From Holophagaceae bacterium (lineage in GTDB: Bacteria > Acidobacteriota > Holophagae > Holophagales > Holophagaceae): a DNA stretch of 37,663 bases. Made by a program: the position numbers and the translations under genes. The notes beneath the pieces were generated by a model. The model saw only the letters and a program-made list of their open reading frames with translations. It was not told the origin of the DNA and searched no databases. Every line of letters begins with the position of its first letter. Position 1 is the stretch's first letter. The stretch spans positions 10,435 through 48,097 of the forward strand of contig PMJK01000047.1 of NCBI GenBank assembly GCA_003158505.1, read 5' to 3'. Below, piece after piece: positions 9,622-17,633 of the stretch.

Positions 9622-10556
9622 CGCGCAAACCATCATCCAAACGGGAGTTCATCAGTACGGAGACAACGTCACTGTCTCCTGAAATGACAACGGAGGTCCG
9701 CACGAAGTCAGAGGGCGATGCCGAGCAGGCCTCGGCCGAGTGGGCCCTGGTGGCCTACGCGGGAGCGGCGCTGGGACGCGTGTTCCCCATTCGCGCCGGG
9801 TTGGTGATTCTGGGCCGTGCGCCAGATGCAGGGATCGCTCTGCTGGATGGCGAGGTGAGCCGGTACCACGCGCGGTTCCGGGTGGAAGAGGGTCATGTCC
9901 AGGTGGAGGATCTGGGATCCACCAATGGCACGCGGGTGAACGGGGAACTGATTCGTGGACCGGTAGATCTGCGCGCCGGAGATCGCCTCTCCATGGGTGG
10001 CCATGTTCTCAAGCTGGTGTTCCTGGATCCGCTGGAGCGGACCTTTCACGAGACCCTCCTCGACCTCAGCACCAAGGATCCTCTGACAGGCCTGGCCAAC
10101 AGGGGAAGTGTCCTGGCGGAGTTCCAGAACCGGTTCGGACTGAGCCTGCGCTACGACCGGCCTCTTTCGGTGGTGGTCTGCGACCTGGATCATTTCAAGC
10201 GGGTGAACGACACCTATGGGCATGGGGCGGGGGATTTCGTGCTTCATGTGTTCGGAGAGCGACTGATGGGAGCCCTGCGGGAGGCGGATCTGGCCGGCCG
10301 CATCGGCGGTGAGGAATTCCTCATGGTTCTCCCCGAAACGGATCTTTCGGGGGCCCGTCCATTCGCGGAAAGGCTTCGGAAAGCCATCAATTCGATGCCG
10401 GTCTCGTTGCCCTCGGGTGCCCTCAGCATCACCTGCAGTCTGGGCATCGCGGAGCGGACCGCCGCGGACCTCGAGGCCGGTCAGCTGCTGGCCCGGGCGG
10501 ATGCGGCCATGTACCAGGCGAAATCGGGCGGGCGGGACCGGGTCTGCCAGGGCTGA
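9618..10556 (+). CDS. FHA domain-containing diguanylate cyclase (GGEEF)
   Basis: FHA: LGR, VSRYHA, DLGSTNGT; DGC: DPLTGLANR, DLDHFKRVNDTYGH, RxxD I-site (READ), GGEEF; GGAGG RBS. Confidence 0.93.
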   Translation: MTRKPSSKREFISTETTSLSPEMTTEVRTKSEGDAEQASAEWALVAYAGAALGRVFPIRAGLVILGRAPDAGIALLDGEVSRYHARFRVEEGHVQVEDLGSTNGTRVNGELIRGPVDLRAGDRLSMGGHVLKLVFLDPLERTFHETLLDLSTKDPLTGLANRGSVLAEFQNRFGLSLRYDRPLSVVVCDLDHFKRVNDTYGHGAGDFVLHVFGERLMGALREADLAGRIGGEEFLMVLPETDLSGARPFAERLRKAINSMPVSLPSGALSITCSLGIAERTAADLEAGQLLARADAAMYQAKSGGRDRVCQG

Positions 10557-10576
10557 TCTCCGCTAGACTTTCCCGG

Positions 10577-11509
10577 ATGCCCCTCGATCCAACACCTCCC
10601 CATCCTTCTCCTCGGGATCTGGCCGCCGCGCCTGAGGAGGCGGAGCTCCTGGGGGAGATCGACACCCGGGAATGGGCGCTGATCCGCTATGTGGGCCAAC
10701 CCATGGGAGAGTTCATCTCGCTGCCCCCGGGAGGCCTAGAGCTGGGTCGGGCGCCGGAGAATGGGCTCTGCCTTTCCGAACCTGAGGTGAGCCGCCGCCA
10801 CGCTCGGTTGCAGATTTCGGCGGACCTGGAATCTGTCGAATTGCGGGATCTGGGATCCACCAACGGGGTATTCGTGAATGGAAAGCGGGTGCACGCGGAT
10901 CCGGGTCCGGTGCTGCTCAAGGCGGAGGATGTGATCCGGGTGGGCAGACATGCCTTCAAGCTCAAGCGCATGGATGCCCTCGAACGCCGGTACCACCGGG
11001 ACATGGTGGCGAGCACCATCCTGGATCCGCTCACGGGGGTGGGCAATCGGACCACCATCCTGTATCAGCTGGCATCCCAGGTGGAACTGGCCCGCAGGCA
11101 TCACCACCCCTTGGCCGTGATCCTTGCCGATCTGGACTGGTTCAAGAAGGTCAACGACACCCACGGCCACCGGGTCGGAGACCAGGTCCTGCAAGCCTTT
11201 GGGGCCCTGCTTCAGCACCGCCTCCGGGGCTCCGATCCTATGGGGCGTCTGGGTGGGGACGAGTTCCTCATCGTTCTTCCGGAAACGTCCGTGGCGCTGG
11301 CCATCTCGGCCGCCGAAGGACTGCGTCGGGCCCTTGCGGAGCATCCACTGAGCCTGGAAAACGGGCCGAGCCTGCATCTCACCTGCAGCCTCGGGGTGGC
11401 GGAGATGAAGGCTGGTGATGCCGATAGCGGTGCTTTGCTGGCCCGCGCTGACGCGGCTCTCTACGGAGCCAAGGCCGGGGGGCGCGATCGGGCGTTTCCG
11501 GCCCCATGA
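10577..11509 (+). CDS. FHA domain-containing diguanylate cyclase (GGDEF)
   Basis: FHA: LGR, VSRRHA, DLGSTNGV; DGC: DPLTGVGNR, DLDWFKKVNDTHGH, RxxD (RGSD), GGDEF. Confidence 0.93.
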   Translation: MPLDPTPPHPSPRDLAAAPEEAELLGEIDTREWALIRYVGQPMGEFISLPPGGLELGRAPENGLCLSEPEVSRRHARLQISADLESVELRDLGSTNGVFVNGKRVHADPGPVLLKAEDVIRVGRHAFKLKRMDALERRYHRDMVASTILDPLTGVGNRTTILYQLASQVELARRHHHPLAVILADLDWFKKVNDTHGHRVGDQVLQAFGALLQHRLRGSDPMGRLGGDEFLIVLPETSVALAISAAEGLRRALAEHPLSLENGPSLHLTCSLGVAEMKAGDADSGALLARADAALYGAKAGGRDRAFPAP

Positions 11510-12924
11510 ATGGGTTGCGGCTGCCGGCGCAGATTGGAAGCATACGCCTGCTGGATCCGCTCGGCGAAGGTGGCATGGCACTCGTCTTCCGGGGCGAGGA
11601 CCGCTTCCGGACCGGATCGTTCTGCGCCGTAAAACTGCTGCGCCCGGAAGTTCACCGCGACACGGATCTGGTCCGTCGGTTCCTCCGTGAAGGCGACGTG
11701 CTCACGCGCCTGTCCCATCCGGGGCTGGTCGAGATTTATTCTTTTGGGACATGCGGTGCCTGGCCCTACCTGGTGATGGAACTCCTGCCCGGCGGAAGCA
11801 TGAAGGGCTGCCAAGGCGAGGCCCCCGCGTCTCTGGCACGCCGACTGATCCCGGTCTGCGGGGCGCTGAGTGTGGCGCATGAGGCCGGGGTGGTGCACCG
11901 GGACCTCAAGCCATCGAACCTCCTGTTCGCCACGGACGGCCGCCTCAAGGTCACGGATTTCGGGGTGTGCTACTGGGAGGGAGAAGAGGGCCGGACCCGT
12001 GCCACTCGGAGTCAGATGGTCGTCGGAACTCTCGGCTACATGGCACCGGAGCAGCATGGCGATCCACGGAGGGTGGACGGCCGATGTGACGTCTATGCCT
12101 TGGGCGCGATCCTGTTCGAATACACCACCGGGCAGGCCTACGCCCAGGTCCAGATGCCTCCCGCGGCTGTCCGCCCGGGATTCCCGCCTCGCATGGCGGG
12201 GCTCATCATGCGCACGCTCCAGCCTGACCCTGCGAAGCGCCTGCCGGATATGGAATCTTTCGGACAGGAACTGTCCAATTGGCTCGAGAGTGCCGAGGCG
12301 GTGGGTTGGGGGGAAGAACCCCTTCCGGGATTCTCCGCGCAGGAGCGTGAGATGGCCACCGTCGCAGGTTTCCGTCGTGACGAAGGCCCCGAGGTCAGGC
12401 TGGCGCCCTATCTGGATGCCCTGGCCACAGGTCCCGTGGGCGTCCGACGGTCTGCGGGGGAAGGATTGATGGCGGCGGCCAGGCCCGGAGACAGCAGCTG
12501 GCTCGAGGAGGCCCTTGGTCGCGCATCCGAGGGCGCCCGGTTTGCGCTGGCGCGAGCCCTCGGGAAGGTGGGGGAGGCCGGCTCTCTCGGGCTCCTGCTG
12601 GCACTGCTGGAGGACCCCTTCGCCCAACGTGAGGCTGCGGAGGCCCTGGCCGAGGTGGCCCTGCGCACTGGCCAGGTCGAGGCGGCGCGAAGGGATCTTG
12701 GCGAACCTGGGCTGGGCGCGTCCTGGCGCTGGTCCGCCCGCGCAGCCCTGGGCGATGAGGCCTGGGCCCGGGCCCTGGCGGCCGAGTGGCCGCGCCTGAC
12801 GGCACCGTTCAGACTCCAGGCCCTGGAGGCCAGCCGACGCCTTCCTGAACACCTAAGGGGTGTCGTGAAATCGGCCACGTCCGACGCAAGCGGACAGGCA
12901 CGGACCGTCTGGGAGTCGCTCTGA
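11506..12924 (+). CDS. Hanks-type Ser/Thr protein kinase with C-terminal HEAT-like helical repeats, cytoplasmic
   Basis: GEGGMALV, AVK, HRDLKPSN, DFG, GTLGYMAPE, DVYALG; C-term ARALGKVG / AAEALAEV HEAT-like; no TM; ATGA overlap with upstream gene. Confidence 0.92.
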   Translation: MNGLRLPAQIGSIRLLDPLGEGGMALVFRGEDRFRTGSFCAVKLLRPEVHRDTDLVRRFLREGDVLTRLSHPGLVEIYSFGTCGAWPYLVMELLPGGSMKGCQGEAPASLARRLIPVCGALSVAHEAGVVHRDLKPSNLLFATDGRLKVTDFGVCYWEGEEGRTRATRSQMVVGTLGYMAPEQHGDPRRVDGRCDVYALGAILFEYTTGQAYAQVQMPPAAVRPGFPPRMAGLIMRTLQPDPAKRLPDMESFGQELSNWLESAEAVGWGEEPLPGFSAQEREMATVAGFRRDEGPEVRLAPYLDALATGPVGVRRSAGEGLMAAARPGDSSWLEEALGRASEGARFALARALGKVGEAGSLGLLLALLEDPFAQREAAEALAEVALRTGQVEAARRDLGEPGLGASWRWSARAALGDEAWARALAAEWPRLTAPFRLQALEASRRLPEHLRGVVKSATSDASGQARTVWESL

Positions 12925-12943
12925 TCCGCCGGGCGAGGGTTTA

Positions 12944-12995
12944 GAGTGCCTAACAGAACCCCGACGCGGCCCCGCGGGGGTTTTGTTAGGCACTC
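12944..12995. mobile_element. 52-bp MITE-like inverted-repeat element flanked by TTA direct repeat
   Basis: TTA|GAGTGCCTAACAGAACCCC-N14-GGGGTTTTGTTAGGCACTC|TTA; 19-bp terminal inverted repeats with one mismatch. May also act as a bidirectional terminator. Confidence 0.6.
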
Positions 12996-13256
12996 TTAGC
13001 CCTTCTTCGATCGCTCGGCGACCTTGTCCAGCGCCTCCCAGATCTGGCGGCAGTCATCGCAGGAGGACCGGGGATCGCCGCAGGGGAAGCCTTCCACGCC
13101 GATGCCCTGGCACTTGGGGTTCCGGAAGAAGAAGAGGAGTTCGTTCAGGGAGGCATGGACGCGCTGGCGCAGGGCCTCATCCGGCAGGGCCCGCAGGTTC
13201 TGGAGGAACTCCCATTCCGCTGCGCTGAGTTCAGGATGATCGATGGACTGGGACAT
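12996..13256 (-). CDS. Small hypothetical protein (86 aa) with C-x9-C-x6-C-x2-C motif, possible metal binder
   Basis: GGAG 5 nt before ATG at 13256; KCQGIGVEGFPCGDPRSSCDDCR. Confidence 0.7.
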   Translation of the reverse strand: MSQSIDHPELSAAEWEFLQNLRALPDEALRQRVHASLNELLFFFRNPKCQGIGVEGFPCGDPRSSCDDCRQIWEALDKVAERSKKG

Positions 13257-13363
13257 GGGCACTCCAGGCAGTTCCAGTATACGGACATCAGCGACCACAA
13301 ATCGCACTGCTGGAAAGCTCACCATTCTCGCAGCGCTGGATGACCAGGGCACCAGTGGCCACG

Positions 13364-15256
13364 CTACTTCTGGCCCTTTCCCTGGTGGGCCAGGATCTGC
13401 TCCATCTCATCCATGATGATGTTCATCTCCGCTATGGCCTTATCGAAGGGAGCCGAGGTGGTCATGTCCACGCCAGCATCCTTAAGGAGGTCGATGGCGG
13501 GCTTGGAGCTGCCCGAGGAGAGCATGCCGAGGTAGGCATCGCGGACCTTGGTGCCGCCTGCCTTCTGTTCCTCGCGGATCGCCTTGGCGATGCTCGTGGA
13601 GGCCACCATGCTGGTGGAGTACTGGAAGACGTAGAAGTCGTAGTAGAAGTGAGGGATGTAGGCCCATTCCACCGCCATCAGATCATCGACCTGGCAGATG
13701 CCCTGGTCGTGGCCATAGTAGTCGCGAAGCAGCTTGAGGTAGAGCTCGGAGAGCGTCTCGCCCGTGATGGGCTCGCCGCGCTCCGCCCGTTGGTGGACCT
13801 GCAACTCGAAATCGGCGAAGAGCGCCTGCCGGAAGAGGGTCTGGCGCAAGCCGTCGAGGGCGTTCCCCAGCAGCGCGAGCCGGGTGGAGTCATCCTTGGC
13901 CTTCCCGAGCATGTGGTGGAGCAGCAGGTTCTCGTTGAGGGTCGAGGCCACCTCGGCCACGAAGATGGGGTATTCCGAGGTCTGGAAGGGCTGGTGCTGG
14001 TAGGAGAGGTAGGTGTGCATTGAGTGGCCGCTCTCATGGGCCAGGGTCGAGACATCGTCGTATTGCCCGTTGAAGTTGAGCAGCTGGAAGGGGTGGATGC
14101 CGTAGACGCCGGTCGAGTAGGCGCCGGAACGCTTGCCGGTGCTGGGCAGGTAGTCGGTCCAGCGGCTTTCAAACCCCTTCTTGAGGACCGCCACGTAGGG
14201 CGCGCCCAGGGGAGCTAGCGCCTCCAGGGTGATGGCGCGGGCCTCGTCCGGTTCGAAGCGCAGATCCACCCTCCCGACCATGGGCACGTAGAGATCCTGG
14301 TAGCGGAGCTTCTCGAGGCCCAGCATGCGCTGCCGCAGTCTGAGGAAGCGGTGCAGGCTGGGTAGGCTGCGCCGAACGTCGGCCACCAGCTGCGTGTAGA
14401 CGGTGGTGGGGATGTCATTCTGGAACAGGGCCGCCGCGAGGGCACTGTCGAAGCGGTGGACCTTGGCATCGAAGAGGTGGCCCTTCACCTGGGCGTCGAG
14501 CGTGGTCCCGAAGGTGCGTTCGAAGCCCTTCAGGGTGACGAAGAAGCTCTGGAAGGCCAGGTCGCGGTCGGCCTTGACCTTCGAGGCGCGGTAGAGCGTG
14601 AAGGCGGCGGTGTCGAGCCGAACTTCGCCCGTGGAGAACTTCACGGTCGGGTAGGGCAGGTCGGCGTCCTTGAGGGTGCCGTAGCTGGTCTGACCCGTGT
14701 CAGTGAGATCGCTGGCCAGCGCCGCCACCTGTTCCTCGGAGGCTGAGAGCGTGTGCGGCTTCCAGCGCAGCACATCATCCAGGAAGACGCGGTAGGGGGC
14801 CAGCTTCGGCTCCTGGGCCAGGAAGCCACGCACTTTGGCCGGGTCGAGGGAAAGAATCTCCGGCCGGATCCAGGCGGTGGCGGAAGCGAGGTCCACACTG
14901 AGCTTCTGGGCCCCCTGCTTGAGCTCGCGGGGCCTGGTCAGGCGGGTGTCCTCGTCCGAACGGGAGCTGGCATAGACCGAGAGCTTGGCCAGGTCGATCT
15001 GGATGGCAGTCACGGCTTCGAGCCCGGCCAGCAGCGCCGAGGCCGAGTCGCCCAAGTGGCCCCGGTGCGCAGCCAGACCCGGAAGGCGGGCGGCTGCCGC
15101 GGCGCGCGTCTGTTCCCAGGCCTGCTCGGTGGCGAAGATGTCCTCCAGCTGCCACTTGTACTTTTCCGGTATCACTGAGCGTTCCCCGGTCAGGGCAGGG
15201 CTTGCGATTCCTGCGCAGAGAGCGAGGGTGAGGAATTGGTGGACGGGCTTTCGCAT
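13364..15256 (-). CDS. pepF: Oligoendopeptidase F (peptidase M3B) with signal peptide
   Basis: YKWQLEDIF, GKRSGAYS, LAHESGHSMH (HExxH), FVAEVAST, WAYIPHFY..FYVFQY. Confidence 0.93.
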   Translation of the reverse strand: MRKPVHQFLTLALCAGIASPALTGERSVIPEKYKWQLEDIFATEQAWEQTRAAAAARLPGLAAHRGHLGDSASALLAGLEAVTAIQIDLAKLSVYASSRSDEDTRLTRPRELKQGAQKLSVDLASATAWIRPEILSLDPAKVRGFLAQEPKLAPYRVFLDDVLRWKPHTLSASEEQVAALASDLTDTGQTSYGTLKDADLPYPTVKFSTGEVRLDTAAFTLYRASKVKADRDLAFQSFFVTLKGFERTFGTTLDAQVKGHLFDAKVHRFDSALAAALFQNDIPTTVYTQLVADVRRSLPSLHRFLRLRQRMLGLEKLRYQDLYVPMVGRVDLRFEPDEARAITLEALAPLGAPYVAVLKKGFESRWTDYLPSTGKRSGAYSTGVYGIHPFQLLNFNGQYDDVSTLAHESGHSMHTYLSYQHQPFQTSEYPIFVAEVASTLNENLLLHHMLGKAKDDSTRLALLGNALDGLRQTLFRQALFADFELQVHQRAERGEPITGETLSELYLKLLRDYYGHDQGICQVDDLMAVEWAYIPHFYYDFYVFQYSTSMVASTSIAKAIREEQKAGGTKVRDAYLGMLSSGSSKPAIDLLKDAGVDMTTSAPFDKAIAEMNIIMDEMEQILAHQGKGQK

Positions 15257-15376
15257 GGGGTTGGTCCTTTCGGGAGGGCGCTGACCTTCGGTTCGGGATT
15301 CAATTACATCATTTTCAACTGAGCCAAGCTCCCACCTGCCCGGTTGCCTTGATTTTGACCATGTCCGGGTCTTTTG

Positions 15377-15412
15377 ATTTAGGATTGACGAGTCCTAAAT
15401 ATAAACTACGAT
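15377..15412 (+). promoter_or_regulatory. Candidate sigma70 promoter of nrfHA with an overlapping palindromic operator
   Basis: ATTTAGGA-TTGACGAG-TCCTAAAT (8-bp perfect IR, 15377-15400) enclosing -35 TTGACG (15385-15390); -10-like TACGAT at 15407-15412, 16-bp spacer. Confidence 0.55.
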
Positions 15413-15456
15413 ATCCAGGTGCCAGGCCACTGCTCGGCACCTCGAATGGATGCCCC

Positions 15457-15954
15457 GTGAGTGGAAAGCGCCGATTCCTCTTCTTAAGCCTGGCAGCCTG
15501 TGTCTTCCTGGGGGTGTTCCTGGGATCCGGCGCCTACACCTTCGTGTCGGCCCACGGTACCTCGTACCTGTCCAACGATCCCGCGGTCTGCGTGAACTGC
15601 CACATCATGCGGGAGGACTACGACGGGTGGCGGCATGGATCCCATCATGCGGTGGCCACTTGCAACGACTGCCACCTGCCCCACGACAACGTGGTGCATA
15701 AGCTCTTCGTGAAGGCCAGCAACGGCTACCATCACTCGAAGGCCTTCACCCTCCTGGATTTCGCGGAGCCCATCCGTATCAAACCTGGCAATGCCCAGGT
15801 GCTGGAGGACAACTGTCTGCGGTGCCACGCCGAACTGGTCGACGAGATCACCGCCCACGGCACCCTGGGAGTTCCCACGGACCCCACGCAGAAGGCCGAC
15901 CTCTACGGCTGCGTCCGCTGCCACCAGGGCGTGGGCCACGGCCCCACCCGATGA
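15457..15954 (+). CDS. nrfH: Cytochrome c nitrite reductase small subunit NrfH (tetraheme, membrane anchored)
   Basis: TM anchor, SYLSNDP, four heme motifs CVNCH(IM), CNDCH, CLRCH, CVRCH..VGH; GTG at 15457 chosen (ORF open to 15349, but that part overlaps the promoter). Confidence 0.93.
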   Translation: MSGKRRFLFLSLAACVFLGVFLGSGAYTFVSAHGTSYLSNDPAVCVNCHIMREDYDGWRHGSHHAVATCNDCHLPHDNVVHKLFVKASNGYHHSKAFTLLDFAEPIRIKPGNAQVLEDNCLRCHAELVDEITAHGTLGVPTDPTQKADLYGCVRCHQGVGHGPTR

Positions 15955-16018
15955 TCCGCTCTGATTTCCTGAACTTCAACCTGACGATGCGTGCCGCCCA
16001 CACGGGAGGATCCCTCCG

Positions 16019-17509
16019 ATGACCGACAAGCCCACTCCCCTATTCTCCCGTCCCACGGTCCAGATGGGGCTCCTGGCCGCTGGCGCCGCGCTGGCCACTG
16101 TGCTGGTTATGGCCCTGTATTCCAGCATTTCCGGCCACAAGGCCGAAGCCCGGCAGACCAGTTTCAGGGTCGTGGATCTGGACGAAAAAACGGTCGATCC
16201 CGCCCAGTGGGGGAAGAACTTCCCCCGCCAGTACGACGGATACCTGAAGACCACCGAGAAATACGGCACCAAGTACGGAGGCGCCGGGAGCGAGGCCTTT
16301 CCCATCAGCAAGCTGAAGGAGGATCCGCGCCTGCCCATCATCTTCGATGGCTACGCCTTCGCCATCGACTACAACCGGCGTCGGGGCCATGCCTACATGC
16401 TGGACGACCAGAGCAAGACCCGGCGCGTGACGGAGAAGCCCCAGCCGGGCTCCTGCCTCCAATGCCACACCTCCAACACGGTGCTCTACCGGGAGGCGGG
16501 ACTGAAGGCGGGCGCCCCAGGCAGCCTAGACGACCCCTACCTCAGCCCCCAAGGCCAGGCTCAGGTCATGAAGGGCTTCGAGGCCCTGTGCAAGCTGCCC
16601 TATGCGGAGGCGGCCAAGTTGGCGAAGCATCCCATGGGCTGCATCGACTGCCACGACCCCAAGAGCATGCAGCTTCGCGTCACCAAGCCCGGCTTCATCC
16701 GGGGCATCGCCGTCCTGGCCGAGAGCGCCGAACCGGTGCCGCACCTGCCTTCCATCGAGACCTGGCGCAAGGGTGACCGGAAGGCACCCTATGATCCGAA
16801 TACCCAGGCCTCGCGCCAGGAAATGCGGTCCATGGTCTGCGGCCAGTGCCATGTGGAGTACTATTGCGGTCCCAAAACCACCCTGTTCTATCCCTGGAAC
16901 AACGGGCTGAAGGTCGAGCAGGAGGAGGCCTATTACGACAGCTACAAGTTCCCGGACGGCCATCGATTCTACGACTGGAAGCACACCCGGACGGGCGCCG
17001 AGGTGCTCAAGGCCCAGCACCCCGAGTTCGAGATGTGGAGCCAGGGCATCCACGCCCGGTCCGGCGTCTCCTGCGCCGATTGCCACATGCCCTACAAGCG
17101 CGAGGGCGCCATCAAGATCAGCGACCACCAGGTACGCAGCCCCCTGCTCGACATCAGCCGCTCCTGCCAGACCTGCCACCGCTTCCCCGAGGCGGAACTC
17201 AAGGCGCGGGTCGAGGCCATCCAGGACCGCACCAAGGCCTTGCTGGACCGGGCTGAGGAGGCCATCGTCAACCTCATCACGGACATCGAGGCCGCCAAGA
17301 AGGCCGGCCTGGACGAGGCCAGGCTCCAGCCCATCCTCGAACTCCAGCGCAAGGCCCAGTGGCGCGCGGACTGGGTCAATGCCGAGAATTCCATGGGCTT
17401 CCACGCCCCCCAGGAAGCCGCCCGCATCCTCGGCGAGGCCATCGACTTCGGTCGCCAGGGCCAGATCGCGCTGAGGGATCTGGGCGCGGCCAAGGTGGCA
17501 AAGAAGTAG
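16019..17509 (+). CDS. nrfA: Ammonia-forming cytochrome c nitrite reductase NrfA (pentaheme), CxxCH-type
   Basis: WGKNFPRQY, GYAF..DY..RGH, five heme motifs CLQCH, CIDCH, CGQCH(VEYY), CADCH, CQTCH; KAQHPEFE; AENSMGFHAP. Confidence 0.95.
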   Translation: MTDKPTPLFSRPTVQMGLLAAGAALATVLVMALYSSISGHKAEARQTSFRVVDLDEKTVDPAQWGKNFPRQYDGYLKTTEKYGTKYGGAGSEAFPISKLKEDPRLPIIFDGYAFAIDYNRRRGHAYMLDDQSKTRRVTEKPQPGSCLQCHTSNTVLYREAGLKAGAPGSLDDPYLSPQGQAQVMKGFEALCKLPYAEAAKLAKHPMGCIDCHDPKSMQLRVTKPGFIRGIAVLAESAEPVPHLPSIETWRKGDRKAPYDPNTQASRQEMRSMVCGQCHVEYYCGPKTTLFYPWNNGLKVEQEEAYYDSYKFPDGHRFYDWKHTRTGAEVLKAQHPEFEMWSQGIHARSGVSCADCHMPYKREGAIKISDHQVRSPLLDISRSCQTCHRFPEAELKARVEAIQDRTKALLDRAEEAIVNLITDIEAAKKAGLDEARLQPILELQRKAQWRADWVNAENSMGFHAPQEAARILGEAIDFGRQGQIALRDLGAAKVAKK

Positions 17510-17528
17510 TTGTAGGCTCTGGCAACAC

Positions 17529-17613
17529 AGCCCCGGGGGGGAAGGCTGGACTACCCCCTGGGGTTCGCCCGATGCGGCTCCCAGGGGAGCCCCGGATCCG
17601 CGGGGGCTCCTGG
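17529..17613. repeat. Two GC-rich hairpins between convergent nrfA and sensor kinase genes
   Basis: AGCCCCGGGGG...CCCCCTGGGGTT (17529-17565) and GGAGCCCC...GGGGCTCC (17586-17610); no U-tract. Confidence 0.4.
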
Positions 17614-17633
17614 CAGTGGCGGGATTCTTGTAT

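Noticed and set aside
15257-15348. Small tetraloop hairpins upstream of pepF as a possible riboswitch
   Set aside because: No match to riboswitch consensus I can recognise (c-di-GMP, SAM, cobalamin, TPP); stems are short.
15349-15362. TTGATTTTGACCAT as FNR box upstream of nrfH
   Set aside because: Only one good half-site; not sufficient without comparative data.
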